Shown: piece after piece, positions 18,116 through 31,899 of the stretch | How positions within the stretch are numbered: position 1 is the stretch's first letter | How the letters are laid out: each line of letters starts with the position of its first letter | Source of the DNA: an uncultured Methylomirabilota bacterium | GTDB taxonomy: Bacteria; Methylomirabilota; Methylomirabilia; Methylomirabilales; 2-02-FULL-66-22 | Assembly (NCBI GenBank): GCA_963705305.1 | Contig: OY970067.1 | Coordinates: 1,472,001-1,536,000 of the forward strand | Direction of reading: 5' to 3' | DNA length: 64,000 bases | Notes under the pieces: model-generated | The model's database searches: none | Told to the model about the DNA's origin: nothing | The model's input: the letters and a program-made list of their open reading frames with translations, nothing else | Made by a program: the position numbers and the translations under genes

Positions 18116-20179
18116 CTACCCGGGGATTTTCGTGAAGTCGGCAATTCGCGCAAACAGGTTGCGCACCGTTGTCAAGATGGCAAAGCGATTTTGCCTGAGG
18201 TTTTCGTCCGGGCCGACCACCAGGACCTCCTCGAAGAACATGTCCACCACGGGTTTCAGGGCCGCGATCTGCTGCAACGCGGCCAGGTACTCGTGGGCCG
18301 CCACCAGGCGGTCCACCTCGGCCTTCAGCTCCGTCGCCTGGGCAAAGAGCGCCCGCTCCGCGCCCTCCACCAGCCGCGTCGGATCCACGGGCCGGTCGAA
18401 TCCCTGCGGGATGATGCCGACCACCCGCCGGAAGGCGGCAGACAGCTCGCCGAAATCCGCCTCGCGCCGGATGATCGCCAGCGCCTCGGCGCGCTGGGCG
18501 GCGTCCCGCACGTCCCCGCAGCCCGCCGAGAGGACCGCCTCCACCACGTCTGCCGGCAGGCCGCGCTCCGTCAGGACGGCCTGGGTCCGGCCGCGCAGGA
18601 ATTCCAGCACCCCCTGCCGGATGATGAGCGGGTCCCGGGTCGGCGCCGGGAAACCGGCCTGGGCGTCGGCCACGGCCTCCTCCAGCGGGAAGCCAAAATC
18701 CCGGTGGAGGATCGTCTGCACCACCCCCAGGGCGGCGCGGCGCAGCGCATACGGATCCTCCGAGCCGCTGGGGATGAGGCCGATGGTGAAGCAGCCCACG
18801 ATGGAATCCAAACGGTCGGCCACCGCCAGCAGGGCGCCGGCGCTGGAGGCCGGCAGCCGATCCCCGGCGAAGCGGGGCAGGTAGTGCTCCTCGATGGCTT
18901 GGCAGACCTCGTCCGGCTCGCCGGAGAGGCGCGCGTACTCGCGCCCCATCACGCCCTGCAGCGTGGGGAACTCCTTGACCATGCCGGTGGCCAGGTCGCA
19001 CTTGCACAGCTCGGCCGCCCGGATCACGGTCGACTGCGCGACCGGATCCACCCGCTCGGCCAGCAGGCCTGCCAGGCGGCGGAGCCGCTGCACCTTGTCG
19101 AAGACCGTGCCCAGCTTTTCCTGGAAGATGATGTGCGCGAGCTCCGGCGTCCGCTCCGCCAGCGGGCGCTTGCGATCCTCCCGGTAGAAGAACTCGGCGT
19201 CGTTCAGCCGCGCGCGGAGCACGCGCTCGTTGCCCTGCCGGATCAGGTCCATGTCCCCCGCCCGGATGTTGGCGATGGTCACGAAGTGCGGGAGCAGCCG
19301 GCCGGCATCGTCCACCACCGGGAAGTAGCGCTGGTGCTTCTGCATGGGGGTGATGATGACGTCGCGCGGCAGCTCCAGATACTCCGATCTGAAGGAGCCG
19401 CAGACGGCGGTGGGGTCCTCCACCAGGTCCGCGACGATCTCCACCAGGGCGGCATCCAGCAGCGGCTTCCCCCCGAGGGCCGCCGCGGCCTCGGTGGCCA
19501 GCTTGCGCACCAGCTCGCGCCGCCGGCCCGGATCCACGATCACATGGCGCTCCTCGAGCTTCTCCACGTAGTCTCGGAAATTCCGAACCCGCGTCCCGCG
19601 CGGGGCCAGGAAGCGGTGGCCGTAGGTCTTCGCGTCCGACTGCACGCCGTCAAGGCTGAACGGGATGACGCGTCCGTCCAGGACGGCCAGCAGCCAGCGG
19701 ACCGGCCGGACGAAGCGAAACGTCCCCGCCCCCCAGCGCATGAACTTGGGGAAGGAAAGGGCGGCCACCAGCTTGGGCAGGAGGGTGGTCAGGATATCGG
19801 CCGTGAAAGCCCCGCGCTCTTCCAGGACCGCCACCACGTACTCCCCGCGGTCCAGCGCCCGGATCTGGAGCCGCTCGACCGGGACTCCTTGGGCGCGCCC
19901 GAACCCTTCGGCGGCCCGGGTGGGTCGCCCCTCCCCGTCAAAGGCGGCCGCCTTGGGGGGGCCCACCACCTCACGCCGCACGTCCGCTTGGCGCTCGGGC
20001 AGCCCGTCCACGACCAGCGTCAACCGCCGCGGCGTCCCGAGCGTCCGGAGGTCGGTCCAGGTCAGCCGCTGCTCCTGCAACAGGCGGCGCGCCATGGCCT
20101 TCAGGCCTTCCAGGGCGGCGGGCTGGTAGCCGGAGGGGATCTCCTCCGTGCCGATCTCGAACAACAGTTCCTTGCTCAT
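18116..20179 (-). CDS. glyS: Glycine-tRNA ligase beta subunit
   Basis: ELLFEIGTEEIP, TPRRL, FVRPVRW, EFPTLQGVMG, GSEDPYALRR. Confidence 0.97.
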   Translation of the reverse strand: MSKELLFEIGTEEIPSGYQPAALEGLKAMARRLLQEQRLTWTDLRTLGTPRRLTLVVDGLPERQADVRREVVGPPKAAAFDGEGRPTRAAEGFGRAQGVPVERLQIRALDRGEYVVAVLEERGAFTADILTTLLPKLVAALSFPKFMRWGAGTFRFVRPVRWLLAVLDGRVIPFSLDGVQSDAKTYGHRFLAPRGTRVRNFRDYVEKLEERHVIVDPGRRRELVRKLATEAAAALGGKPLLDAALVEIVADLVEDPTAVCGSFRSEYLELPRDVIITPMQKHQRYFPVVDDAGRLLPHFVTIANIRAGDMDLIRQGNERVLRARLNDAEFFYREDRKRPLAERTPELAHIIFQEKLGTVFDKVQRLRRLAGLLAERVDPVAQSTVIRAAELCKCDLATGMVKEFPTLQGVMGREYARLSGEPDEVCQAIEEHYLPRFAGDRLPASSAGALLAVADRLDSIVGCFTIGLIPSGSEDPYALRRAALGVVQTILHRDFGFPLEEAVADAQAGFPAPTRDPLIIRQGVLEFLRGRTQAVLTERGLPADVVEAVLSAGCGDVRDAAQRAEALAIIRREADFGELSAAFRRVVGIIPQGFDRPVDPTRLVEGAERALFAQATELKAEVDRLVAAHEYLAALQQIAALKPVVDMFFEEVLVVGPDENLRQNRFAILTTVRNLFARIADFTKIPG

Positions 20180-20339
20180 GGTGTCCCTTAAGGAAGCGCC
20201 TCTCGTCGACGCCTTCTCCCTCGACCCGGTGGTGGCACGCGGAGCCGAACCGGGGGTTCCTCCCGCAGGATGCGGCCTCCGCTCGAGCCGCGCGCGGCGC
20301 TCGGGGAGCCAGCGGGCATGTGACCCGACCCGGGCGAGG

Positions 20340-21239
<900 letters not shown>

Positions 21240-21279
21240 GGGTACCTCACGGGGGCGTTTCAGCCGAACGTAAACGGGA

Positions 21280-21309
21280 AGACTAACAAAGTCGCCGGGA
21301 AACTGTCAA
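21280..21309 (-). promoter_or_regulatory. Putative sigma70 promoter for glyQS
   Basis: TTGACA-18 nt-TAGTCT on the minus strand. Confidence 0.55.
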
Positions 21310-21355
21310 GGGAAAAGCCCCCTCCTCAAGCGGAAACTCCCCTATTCATATGAGG

Positions 21356-22105
21356 TTACAGGCGCCCGAGGAATTCCGCCGAGCGCAGCGGACGCCCCAG
21401 CGCCTGCCGGAGGAACAGCTGGACGATCTGGCTCACCTCCGTGAGCACGGGCTCTCGGACGACCGTGCGCACCAGGAGGCGGAGCGGGGACTGGCTGGCT
21501 CCCCGCAGGAATCCCAGGGTTTCCGCCGAGACCGGGACGGCGTCCGGCGTCCTCGGACGGCAGGCGGCACACGTCAGACCGCCCTGGGCGGGACTCAGGA
21601 ACAGCTCTGCGTGAGCGGCGACCGGCCGGCGGCAGCCAACGCACTCCCCAAGCTCGGGCGAGTAGCCCAAGAGCCGCAGCAGGCGCAGCAGGAACCCCTG
21701 CAGGATCAGGCCAGGCTTTTCGGCCTCCTCCAGAAGATCCAGGCCCTCGCCAAGCAGCCGATACAGGTCGGGAAAGGACTCCTCCTCCTCGACGCCCAAC
21801 GCCACCGCCTCGACCGCGGCGGAGCCCAGCGCGATCCGGTCCAGGTCCTCGCACAGGGACTGGTGCGATCGGAGGACGGCGAACTCGTTGATTTTGTGGA
21901 GACCGCGGTTGGGCCGCTCGAAGTAGACCAGGCGCCCGCAGGCGAAGAGCTGCAGGCTCCCGCCGAATCGGGACCGGATCCGGCGAGCGCCCTCGGCCAC
22001 CGCGCGGACCTTGCCCGCCGTCTGGGTGTAAAAGACCACGATGCGGTCCGCCTCGGAGAGATCGTGACCGCCGATCACGATGGCATCTGTGCTGTGCAGG
22101 GGCAT
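21356..22105 (-). CDS. recO: DNA repair protein RecO
   Basis: EADRIV...GKVRAVAEGARR..SRFG, CxxC...CxxC zinc finger, synteny with glyQ and era. Confidence 0.93.
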   Translation of the reverse strand: MPLHSTDAIVIGGHDLSEADRIVVFYTQTAGKVRAVAEGARRIRSRFGGSLQLFACGRLVYFERPNRGLHKINEFAVLRSHQSLCEDLDRIALGSAAVEAVALGVEEEESFPDLYRLLGEGLDLLEEAEKPGLILQGFLLRLLRLLGYSPELGECVGCRRPVAAHAELFLSPAQGGLTCAACRPRTPDAVPVSAETLGFLRGASQSPLRLLVRTVVREPVLTEVSQIVQLFLRQALGRPLRSAEFLGRL

Positions 22106-22115
22106 GCGCTGTCCC

Positions 22116-23102
22116 TTACGGAATGGTGATCACCGTCTTGACCCGGCGCGGAGAGCGAAAATCCGCCAGCGCCTGCCCAAGCTCGTCCAGGGGTCTCCTC
22201 TCGGTCAGGAGCGGGGCGACCCGAACTCTTCCCTCCTTCAGAAGGTCGAGGACGGCCGGAAACTCGTCCGTGTAGATCATGGAGCCCAGAAGGGTGAGCT
22301 CCTTCCGGGTGATCAGCGCCGAGGGCACGGAGGACTCCTTGCCGGGGAGTCCGGTGAGCACCACCCGGCCCCCAGGAGCGCTGAGCGCGACGATGTGCCC
22401 GAGGGCCTCCGGGATCCCGCTGGTTTCGTACACGATGGAGAAGGTGCCCGCCTCGGGCTCCAGCTCGGCAGATGAGCGGAACACCCGTTTCACGCCCAGC
22501 GTCGTCGCGAGGGCCAGCCGGGGCTCGGCGATGTCCAGAGCCGACACATCCGCACCGGCCAGGACGGCGAGCTGGGCAAACAGCAGCCCGATCACACCGG
22601 TCCCGTACAGGAGGACCTTTTCGCCCGGGCAGGGAAGCGCTTTGCGGAGGCCATGAAAGGCCACAGCCAGCGGCTCTGCGAAGACGGCCGTCTCGTAAGG
22701 AAGCCCGTCGGGAAAGACCCACACGAAGCTCTCCGGGGCGGCGACGTACTCGGCGAACGCCCCGTGGACGTCCAGGCCCAGCCGCACCTTGTGGCGGCAG
22801 ATGTTGATCCGGCCGCTTCGGCACATGTCGCAGGCCCCGCACGCGAAATTCGGCTGCAGGACGACCCGCTCGCCGACCCGGAAGCGGGACGCCCCGGGGC
22901 CCAGTGCCGCAACTTCACCCACCGCCTCGTGGCCCAAGACGAGCGGGAGCGGCCGATGGATCGATCCGGAATAGATGGAATAATCGGTGCCGCATATCCC
23001 CGCCTGCCGGAGGCGCACCAGGACCTCCTTCGGCCGCAGCTCTGGAACAGGAAGGTCCCGTATCTCCATCCTCTCAGGTGTGACGAGAACCGCCGCCTTC
23101 AT
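22116..23102 (-). CDS. Zn-dependent (MDR) alcohol/sugar dehydrogenase
   Basis: GICGTD, LGHEAVG, CGACDMC...C, GTGVIG. Confidence 0.92.
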   Translation of the reverse strand: MKAAVLVTPERMEIRDLPVPELRPKEVLVRLRQAGICGTDYSIYSGSIHRPLPLVLGHEAVGEVAALGPGASRFRVGERVVLQPNFACGACDMCRSGRINICRHKVRLGLDVHGAFAEYVAAPESFVWVFPDGLPYETAVFAEPLAVAFHGLRKALPCPGEKVLLYGTGVIGLLFAQLAVLAGADVSALDIAEPRLALATTLGVKRVFRSSAELEPEAGTFSIVYETSGIPEALGHIVALSAPGGRVVLTGLPGKESSVPSALITRKELTLLGSMIYTDEFPAVLDLLKEGRVRVAPLLTERRPLDELGQALADFRSPRRVKTVITIP

Positions 23103-23336
23103 CGTTCTCACTCCTTTGTCGTGGTGATCTTCGCCGTCGATTCGACGACAGTCCCCAGCCTGCGGCCCAGTGTACCCTACCGACTCCGCACTTGCCACAC
23201 GTAGGTGGCGAGCCGCTGTCGCGGCGGGGTCCCCGCCGGGGGTGGGGGCGCGCCCATGCCTCGAAGGACAGCCGCCGGATCCCAGAGCTGTCGAGCCTTG
23301 GCGTCATGGCGGTTCGATCGTTCTTTCGGATCAGGG

Positions 23337-24263
23337 CTAGGTCTCCAGGTAGCCGAGACGCTTCAGCGTTGCCGGGTCCTTCCGCCACCCCTGCTGGACC
23401 GCGACCGCAAGTCGGAGGAAAACCGGGGTCCCCACAAGCCCCTCGATCTCGGGGCGGGCAGCCGCCCCGATCGACTTGAGCGTCCGTCCGCCGCTGCCGA
23501 TGACGATACCCTTCTGGGTCTCCCGCTCCACGAAAATCGTCACCTCCACATCGGTCAGGTTCCGTCCCTCCCGCCCGTGGACGGCTTCCACCTGAACGGC
23601 TGTTGCGTAGGGCAGCTCCTGCCGAAGCAGGCTGAAGACCTTCTCGCGGAGGATCTCGGCGATGAAGAATCGCTCGGGACGATCGCTCAGGTCCTCGGGG
23701 GGATAGAGGGGGGGTCCTACCGGAAGCAGCGTCACGAGCACGGCCTCCAGCCGATCCAGGTTGTCGCCGGCGGTCGCGGAGATGGGCACGATCTCAGCGT
23801 AGGGATACTCGGCCCGGCAGCGGTCGATGCGGGGGAGGAGCAGCGGCTTGGCCACCAGATCCACCTTGTTGAGCGCGAGGATCACGGGGCTTCGGGGCGG
23901 GTTCCGCCGGAGCTCCGCCAGGATCAGCTGGTCGTCCGGATCCTCCAGCCGGGCGGCATCCTGCAGCCATACGATCACATCGGCTTCCTGCATGGCCTTG
24001 AGCGCCGCCCGGACGAGGCCCTGGTTGAAGAGGGCCTCCGACCGATGGATCCCAGGCGTGTCCAGAAAGAGCAATTGGGCGGCGGGGAGCGTCTTGATCC
24101 CCAGGACCCGGTGCCAGGTGGTCTGGGGGCGCGGGGAGACGATGGCCAGCTTTTGCCCCAGCAGGCGATTCACGAGCGTGGATTTGCCCGCGTTCGGCCG
24201 CCCGATGACGGCCACGTATCCGGTGCGGAAATCGCCCTTCGGTCCTTGTGCGCGGGCATTCAT
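23337..24263 (-). CDS. era: GTPase Era
   Basis: GRPNAGKST, PQTT, DTPG, NKVD and a KH domain (QKGIVIGSGG). Confidence 0.96.
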   Translation of the reverse strand: MNARAQGPKGDFRTGYVAVIGRPNAGKSTLVNRLLGQKLAIVSPRPQTTWHRVLGIKTLPAAQLLFLDTPGIHRSEALFNQGLVRAALKAMQEADVIVWLQDAARLEDPDDQLILAELRRNPPRSPVILALNKVDLVAKPLLLPRIDRCRAEYPYAEIVPISATAGDNLDRLEAVLVTLLPVGPPLYPPEDLSDRPERFFIAEILREKVFSLLRQELPYATAVQVEAVHGREGRNLTDVEVTIFVERETQKGIVIGSGGRTLKSIGAAARPEIEGLVGTPVFLRLAVAVQQGWRKDPATLKRLGYLET

Positions 24264-24350
24264 GGGTAGGGATCCAGGGTCACACGACCAGCGGCGGCGC
24301 CGACGGGCCGGCCATCCCGGGAGACGGACGTCGAGCCAGCCAGACCTGCT

Positions 24351-25280
24351 TCAATCCGGGACCGCCAGGCGAAGGAGTTCCAACGGGTCGATGCGCGCCC
24401 CTTGCAGCCGGGCCCCCCAGTGCAGGTGGGGGCCCGTGGCGCGCCCGGTACTGCCGACCCTGGCAATGAGGTCCCCTCGCTCCACGTGCTGGCCGGGCTG
24501 GACCAGGATGTCCTGCAGGTGAAAGTACATCGTGTAGAGTCCCATCCCGTGATCCAGGATCACCATCGTCCCCGCGAAGAACTGCTGGCCCACCCAGGCG
24601 ACCGTCCCGGCGTTGGCGGCCAGCACGGGTGCTCCCGCCGCTGCCGAAAGGTCCACGCCGGTGTGCGGGGAGCGAGGCTCCCCATTGATGATGCGCCGCA
24701 AGCCGAATCCAGCGGAGACCGTCGCTCCGTCGAGAGGGAGTTGGAATGGCCCGTGCCACTGCGGTGCCGGCGACAGGATCTCCCACACCCGGTCCAGGAC
24801 CGCCTTCTCCCGGGCCACCCGCTCCAGCGTGGCCGCATCCAGCTCCACAAAGGTGCGGGGCAGCGTGAGGCGTTGGACCGGGAAGTCCGCATCCAGCACC
24901 ACCAGCGTCGTCTCGCCCGAGACGGGCCGGCCGGCTGCGTCCTCGGCGTCCGCCCGGATTCCCATCGGCCCCGGGGGGTGCTCCAAGTCCACGCCGATCC
25001 AGGCCAGGGCCCGGCGGGGATCCGGCGCGTGCGCGACGGCAACGTCCTGTCCCCCGGCCTGAACCCGCAGCTCGCGCAGGGGAGCGGAGGCCGCGATCTG
25101 GAGGGTGGCGATGCCCCCCTGTTTGACGTCCTGCGGTGTCAGGAGGAGCTGGAGGGGCGTGGAGGCGGCCGCCGCCGGACATGGGAAGGTCGCCCACAGA
25201 ACAGCTAGCAATAGCAGCACGCAGGCCCCAGCGGCCTGCGGCCGTGCGGGCGCCGTCCGGGCCCGAAGGCGACTACCCAC
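24351..25280 (-). CDS. M23 family metallopeptidase (start uncertain)
   Basis: HTGVD and GPHLHW motifs, signal-peptide-like N-terminus. Confidence 0.88.
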   Translation of the reverse strand: MGSRLRARTAPARPQAAGACVLLLLAVLWATFPCPAAAASTPLQLLLTPQDVKQGGIATLQIAASAPLRELRVQAGGQDVAVAHAPDPRRALAWIGVDLEHPPGPMGIRADAEDAAGRPVSGETTLVVLDADFPVQRLTLPRTFVELDAATLERVAREKAVLDRVWEILSPAPQWHGPFQLPLDGATVSAGFGLRRIINGEPRSPHTGVDLSAAAGAPVLAANAGTVAWVGQQFFAGTMVILDHGMGLYTMYFHLQDILVQPGQHVERGDLIARVGSTGRATGPHLHWGARLQGARIDPLELLRLAVPD

Positions 25281-25755
25281 GGGTCGACCGGGCCGGGGGA
25301 TGGCGGAGAGTCGGCGGGCTCGCCAATCCGCAGTCCCGAAGAATCGCCCGCTGCGCGCGCCACATCCGCCGCCGGTCGCGAGGGGTCCCGTGGTCATAGC
25401 CAACGAGATGGAGGATGCCGTGCACCACCAGCAGGGCCAACTCCGCTCGCAGGCCGCCGGGATCGGCCCCGGCTTGGCGGCGGGCGGTCTCGGCCGAGAT
25501 CACCACGTCTCCCAAGAGGTCCGGAGCCAGGCCACCGAACGGACCCTCCGTCATAGGGAAGGCCAACACGTCGGTGGGACCGTCAACGCCGCGAAAGCCG
25601 CGGTTCAGTGCGGCCATGGCCGCGTCGTTCACCAGCACCAGGCTACACTCCGCTCGGGGGCGTTTCAGCCTGAGCAGTGTCTTTTGGGCCACCTTTTCGA
25701 GCCACGCCCTCTCGACGGGGACCTTCCGCTGTCGGTTTTGCAGACTGATCGCCAT
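25273..25755 (-). CDS. ybeY: rRNA maturation endoribonuclease YbeY
   Basis: PTDVLAF, LGDVVIS, HGILHLVGYDH. Confidence 0.95.
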   Translation of the reverse strand: MAISLQNRQRKVPVERAWLEKVAQKTLLRLKRPRAECSLVLVNDAAMAALNRGFRGVDGPTDVLAFPMTEGPFGGLAPDLLGDVVISAETARRQAGADPGGLRAELALLVVHGILHLVGYDHGTPRDRRRMWRAQRAILRDCGLASPPTLRHPPARSTRG

Positions 25756-27301
25756 TCTCGTTCCGCTTGCGGCCGGGCTCCTGCCGCTCCGCATCCGGGT
25801 ATTCCACCCGGTGGTGGAAGATCCCCGTGAGGAGCCGCACAAAGCTGTTGGCGATGAGGTGGAGATCCCGCAGGGTCAGGTCACACTCGTCCAGCTGGCC
25901 ATCCACAAAGATGCTGTTGATGATCTTCTGCACCGCCCCGCGCAGGCGGGCCGGCGTGGGGTCGGTGAGGGTCCGGGTCGCCGCCTCGACGGCGTCGGCC
26001 AGCATCAGGATCGCCGCCTCGCGGGTCTGCGGCTTCGGCCCGGGGTACCGGTAATCCTCCTCCTTGATGGCCTGCAGCTCCGGATCGGCAATCTCTTTGG
26101 CCCGCTGGTAGAAGAAGCTGACCAGCCGCGTTCCGTGGTGCTGGGGGATCATGTCCGTGATGACTTCGGGCAGGCCGTAGGTGTGGGCCATCTCCAGGCC
26201 GTCCTTGACATGGGACATGACGATGGTCCGGCTCAGGCTGGGGGCCAGCTTGTCGTGCCGGTTGGCCGCATCCGGCTGGTTCTCGATGAAGTAGGTGGGA
26301 TGACGGATCTTCCCAATGTCGTGATAGTACGCCCCCACCCGACAGAGGAGGGCGTTGGCGCCGATCGACTCGGCCGCCGCCTCCGCCAGCGTGCCGACCA
26401 TGATGCTGTGGTGGTAGGTGCCCGGCACCGTGATCAAGAGGTGCTTGAGGATCGGCTCGTCCAGGTTGGCCAGCTCGAGCAGCGTGAAGGAGGTCGTGCG
26501 GCCGAAGGCGTTCTCCAGCAGGGGCAGCAGGCCCGTGGCCAGGACCGCCACGATCACCCCGTTCATCAAGCCGCCCAGAATGTCCGCGCGCAATGTCGCG
26601 GAAGCGCCCTCGATCAGGACGAAGGCGATCAGCGTGTAGGCGTTGGCCAGCCCCAGCACCCCTCCGGCGCGGAAGAAGGCGGTGCGCCGCTGCCGCCCGG
26701 CCAGGGCGAAGATCACGGCCAGGCTGCCCACGAAGGTGTAGAGAAAGTAATCCATGGGGGCGGCCAGCAGGAGTCCCGTCAGCAGGGTGAGGCTGAGGGA
26801 TCCGGCGAAAGCCAGCCGGATATTGAACAACACCGTGAGGAGCGCCCCGCCCAACGGCACCGGCAGGGCCGCCCGCAGGGCAGACACGGGGATGTAGGGC
26901 AGAGTCTGGTGCAGGGAGGAGACCAGGACCAGGCCGTACCGGGTGAGCAGCAGGACGGCGAGGATGATCGTGCCGAGCAGTGCCACACAGCGCGGGCGCC
27001 GGATGTCCTTGGGCTGCAAGGCCCGCACGTAAATATAGAGCGCGCCCAACAGGAACAGCACCAGCAGGAACAGGCCGAGGACCGACCAGGCCCCCAGGGG
27101 CAGGGGCAGGGCGGAGACCAAGATCTCCAGGCTGGCCAAAACGAAAAAGGCCGTGATGACCGGGAGGAACCACCGCTGCTGTTCCAGCTTGGCCACCATG
27201 CGGCGGATGGGGGCCAGGGGGTGGCTGGACCGCGGCAGCGGGGGGCGGCTCCGGTCCGCCGCCTCGGAGAAACTGCGATTGTTGAAGAAGCGGAGATCCA
27301 C
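25643..27301 (-). CDS. 7TM-HD phosphohydrolase (PgpH/YqfF-like), start uncertain
   Basis: Multiple TM helices followed by PGTYHHS, YYHDIGK, QHHGT, LADAVEA; lies between phoH and ybeY. Confidence 0.88.
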   Translation of the reverse strand: MDLRFFNNRSFSEAADRSRPPLPRSSHPLAPIRRMVAKLEQQRWFLPVITAFFVLASLEILVSALPLPLGAWSVLGLFLLVLFLLGALYIYVRALQPKDIRRPRCVALLGTIILAVLLLTRYGLVLVSSLHQTLPYIPVSALRAALPVPLGGALLTVLFNIRLAFAGSLSLTLLTGLLLAAPMDYFLYTFVGSLAVIFALAGRQRRTAFFRAGGVLGLANAYTLIAFVLIEGASATLRADILGGLMNGVIVAVLATGLLPLLENAFGRTTSFTLLELANLDEPILKHLLITVPGTYHHSIMVGTLAEAAAESIGANALLCRVGAYYHDIGKIRHPTYFIENQPDAANRHDKLAPSLSRTIVMSHVKDGLEMAHTYGLPEVITDMIPQHHGTRLVSFFYQRAKEIADPELQAIKEEDYRYPGPKPQTREAAILMLADAVEAATRTLTDPTPARLRGAVQKIINSIFVDGQLDECDLTLRDLHLIANSFVRLLTGIFHHRVEYPDAERQEPGRKRNENGDQSAKPTAEGPRREGVARKGGPKDTAQAETPPSGV

Positions 27302-27302
27302 G

Positions 27303-28292
<990 letters not shown>

Positions 28293-28689
28293 GCGCCTAG
28301 GGTCTTGCCTCCTTCCCGCCAATCGGTGTGGTCGTGAAAAGTAGGATAGAGCCGGCTCTACAGGCGTGTCAAATGGAAAAGGACGCGCGGGGGCCGGGTG
28401 TGAACCGGCCGCCTGCGCCTTTCTTCAGCCAGGCGGGTCTCCGGACAACCGCGGAGCCGTCCGAGCGACACGATGCATTCGTCTTGACACACACCCGGCG
28501 CCTTGGTAGGGTTCGGCGGCCGACGACTCCGCAATTCTCCGGGCAGCAGAGTCCGGTGTCTCTTGGGGAGCGGTTCCGCCCGGATGATCGTCGGACGGCG
28601 GCTGCACCGCGTTGACCGCACGAGGTTACTCGCCGATCACTCTGCGTTTTCAATACAGTTTCGGGGGGGGCCGTTAGGAGGAAAGTGTC

Positions 28690-31161
<2,472 letters not shown>

Positions 31162-31280
31162 GCCGCGGTCCGTCGTTCGGCTGAACACCAACAGCGCGGG
31201 GCCCCTGGAGGCCCCGCGCGGTCTTGTGGGACCCGTACGGCGGCGACCTTTGCCAGCCCCCGCCCCGGCTCCGCGCTCCA

Positions 31281-31310
31281 TTGACCCGATCCGGTCTAAT
31301 CCCGTATAGT
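31281..31310 (+). promoter_or_regulatory. Putative sigma70 promoter of the glutaredoxin-like selenoprotein gene
   Basis: TTGACC-18 nt-TATAGT. Confidence 0.6.
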
Positions 31311-31397
31311 GCAGGAGAGGTCGCTCGGAGCGGGCCCGGCAGCGCAACGGGCCTCCGCGTGGGGACCTGACAGGCAAGATAGGCAAGGAGGAAGAGG

Positions 31398-31634
31398 ATG
31401 GCGAAAGAGGTGATCGTGTACTCGCAGCCCGGGTGAGGCAGCTGTGAACAGGAGAAAGAGTTCCTTTCTCGCAAGGGCATCTCGTTTGTGAATAAAGACA
31501 TCCGCAAGGATCCAGAGGCGCTCCAGGAGTTGCTCAACCGCGGCTTCCGGGCCACCCCGGTCACCATCATCGATGGCGAAGCCGTGGTCGGTTTCGATCC
31601 GAAGCGACTGGGAGAGCTGCTCGGACTCCCGTAG
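31398..31634 (+). CDS. Glutaredoxin/NrdH-like selenoprotein (UxxC)
   Basis: AGGAGG RBS. MAKEVIVYSQPG-TGA(31434)-GSCEQEKEFL...GFRATPVTIIDGEAVVGFDPKRL*. TGA sits at the first Cys of CxxC. Hairpin at 31452-31470. Confidence 0.88.
31452..31470 (+). promoter_or_regulatory. Candidate bacterial SECIS hairpin
   Basis: GAGAAAG-AGTTC-CTTTCTC perfect 7-bp stem; the loop starts 22 nt after the TGA and has G in its first two positions. Confidence 0.7.
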
Positions 31635-31899
31635 ACGACGTGCGGCCTGCCATTCTGCTGTCGATGCTCCTCCGGCAGGGCCCCGATTGGGCACGGCTCT
31701 GGGGCCCGCGGAGGTGCATCCCGCCGCGCCGAATCACGCAGAAACGCTTCCCATCTCCATTCTTCCATTGCCTCGGAGCGGATGGCTGTGCTATTGGTGA
31801 ACCGGCGCGCCGGGTCCGGGAGAGTCCCTGCGCGCTCGCACCGCCCGCGGGGCCTGCGGGTTTCGGGCCTGGGTCGTGTCTCCTCCTCCCTCCGAGGCT

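Noticed and set aside
15298..18135. Very long antisense ORFs (945 aa here; also 7328-9640, 28969-31386, 41130-44393, 58355-61450)
   Set aside because: Shadow frames of real genes caused by high-GC codon bias, with no family motifs.
23103..23336. Possible ncRNA in the era-dehydrogenase intergenic region
   Set aside because: Only generic GC-rich hairpins; no recognisable 6S, SRP, tmRNA or riboswitch motif.
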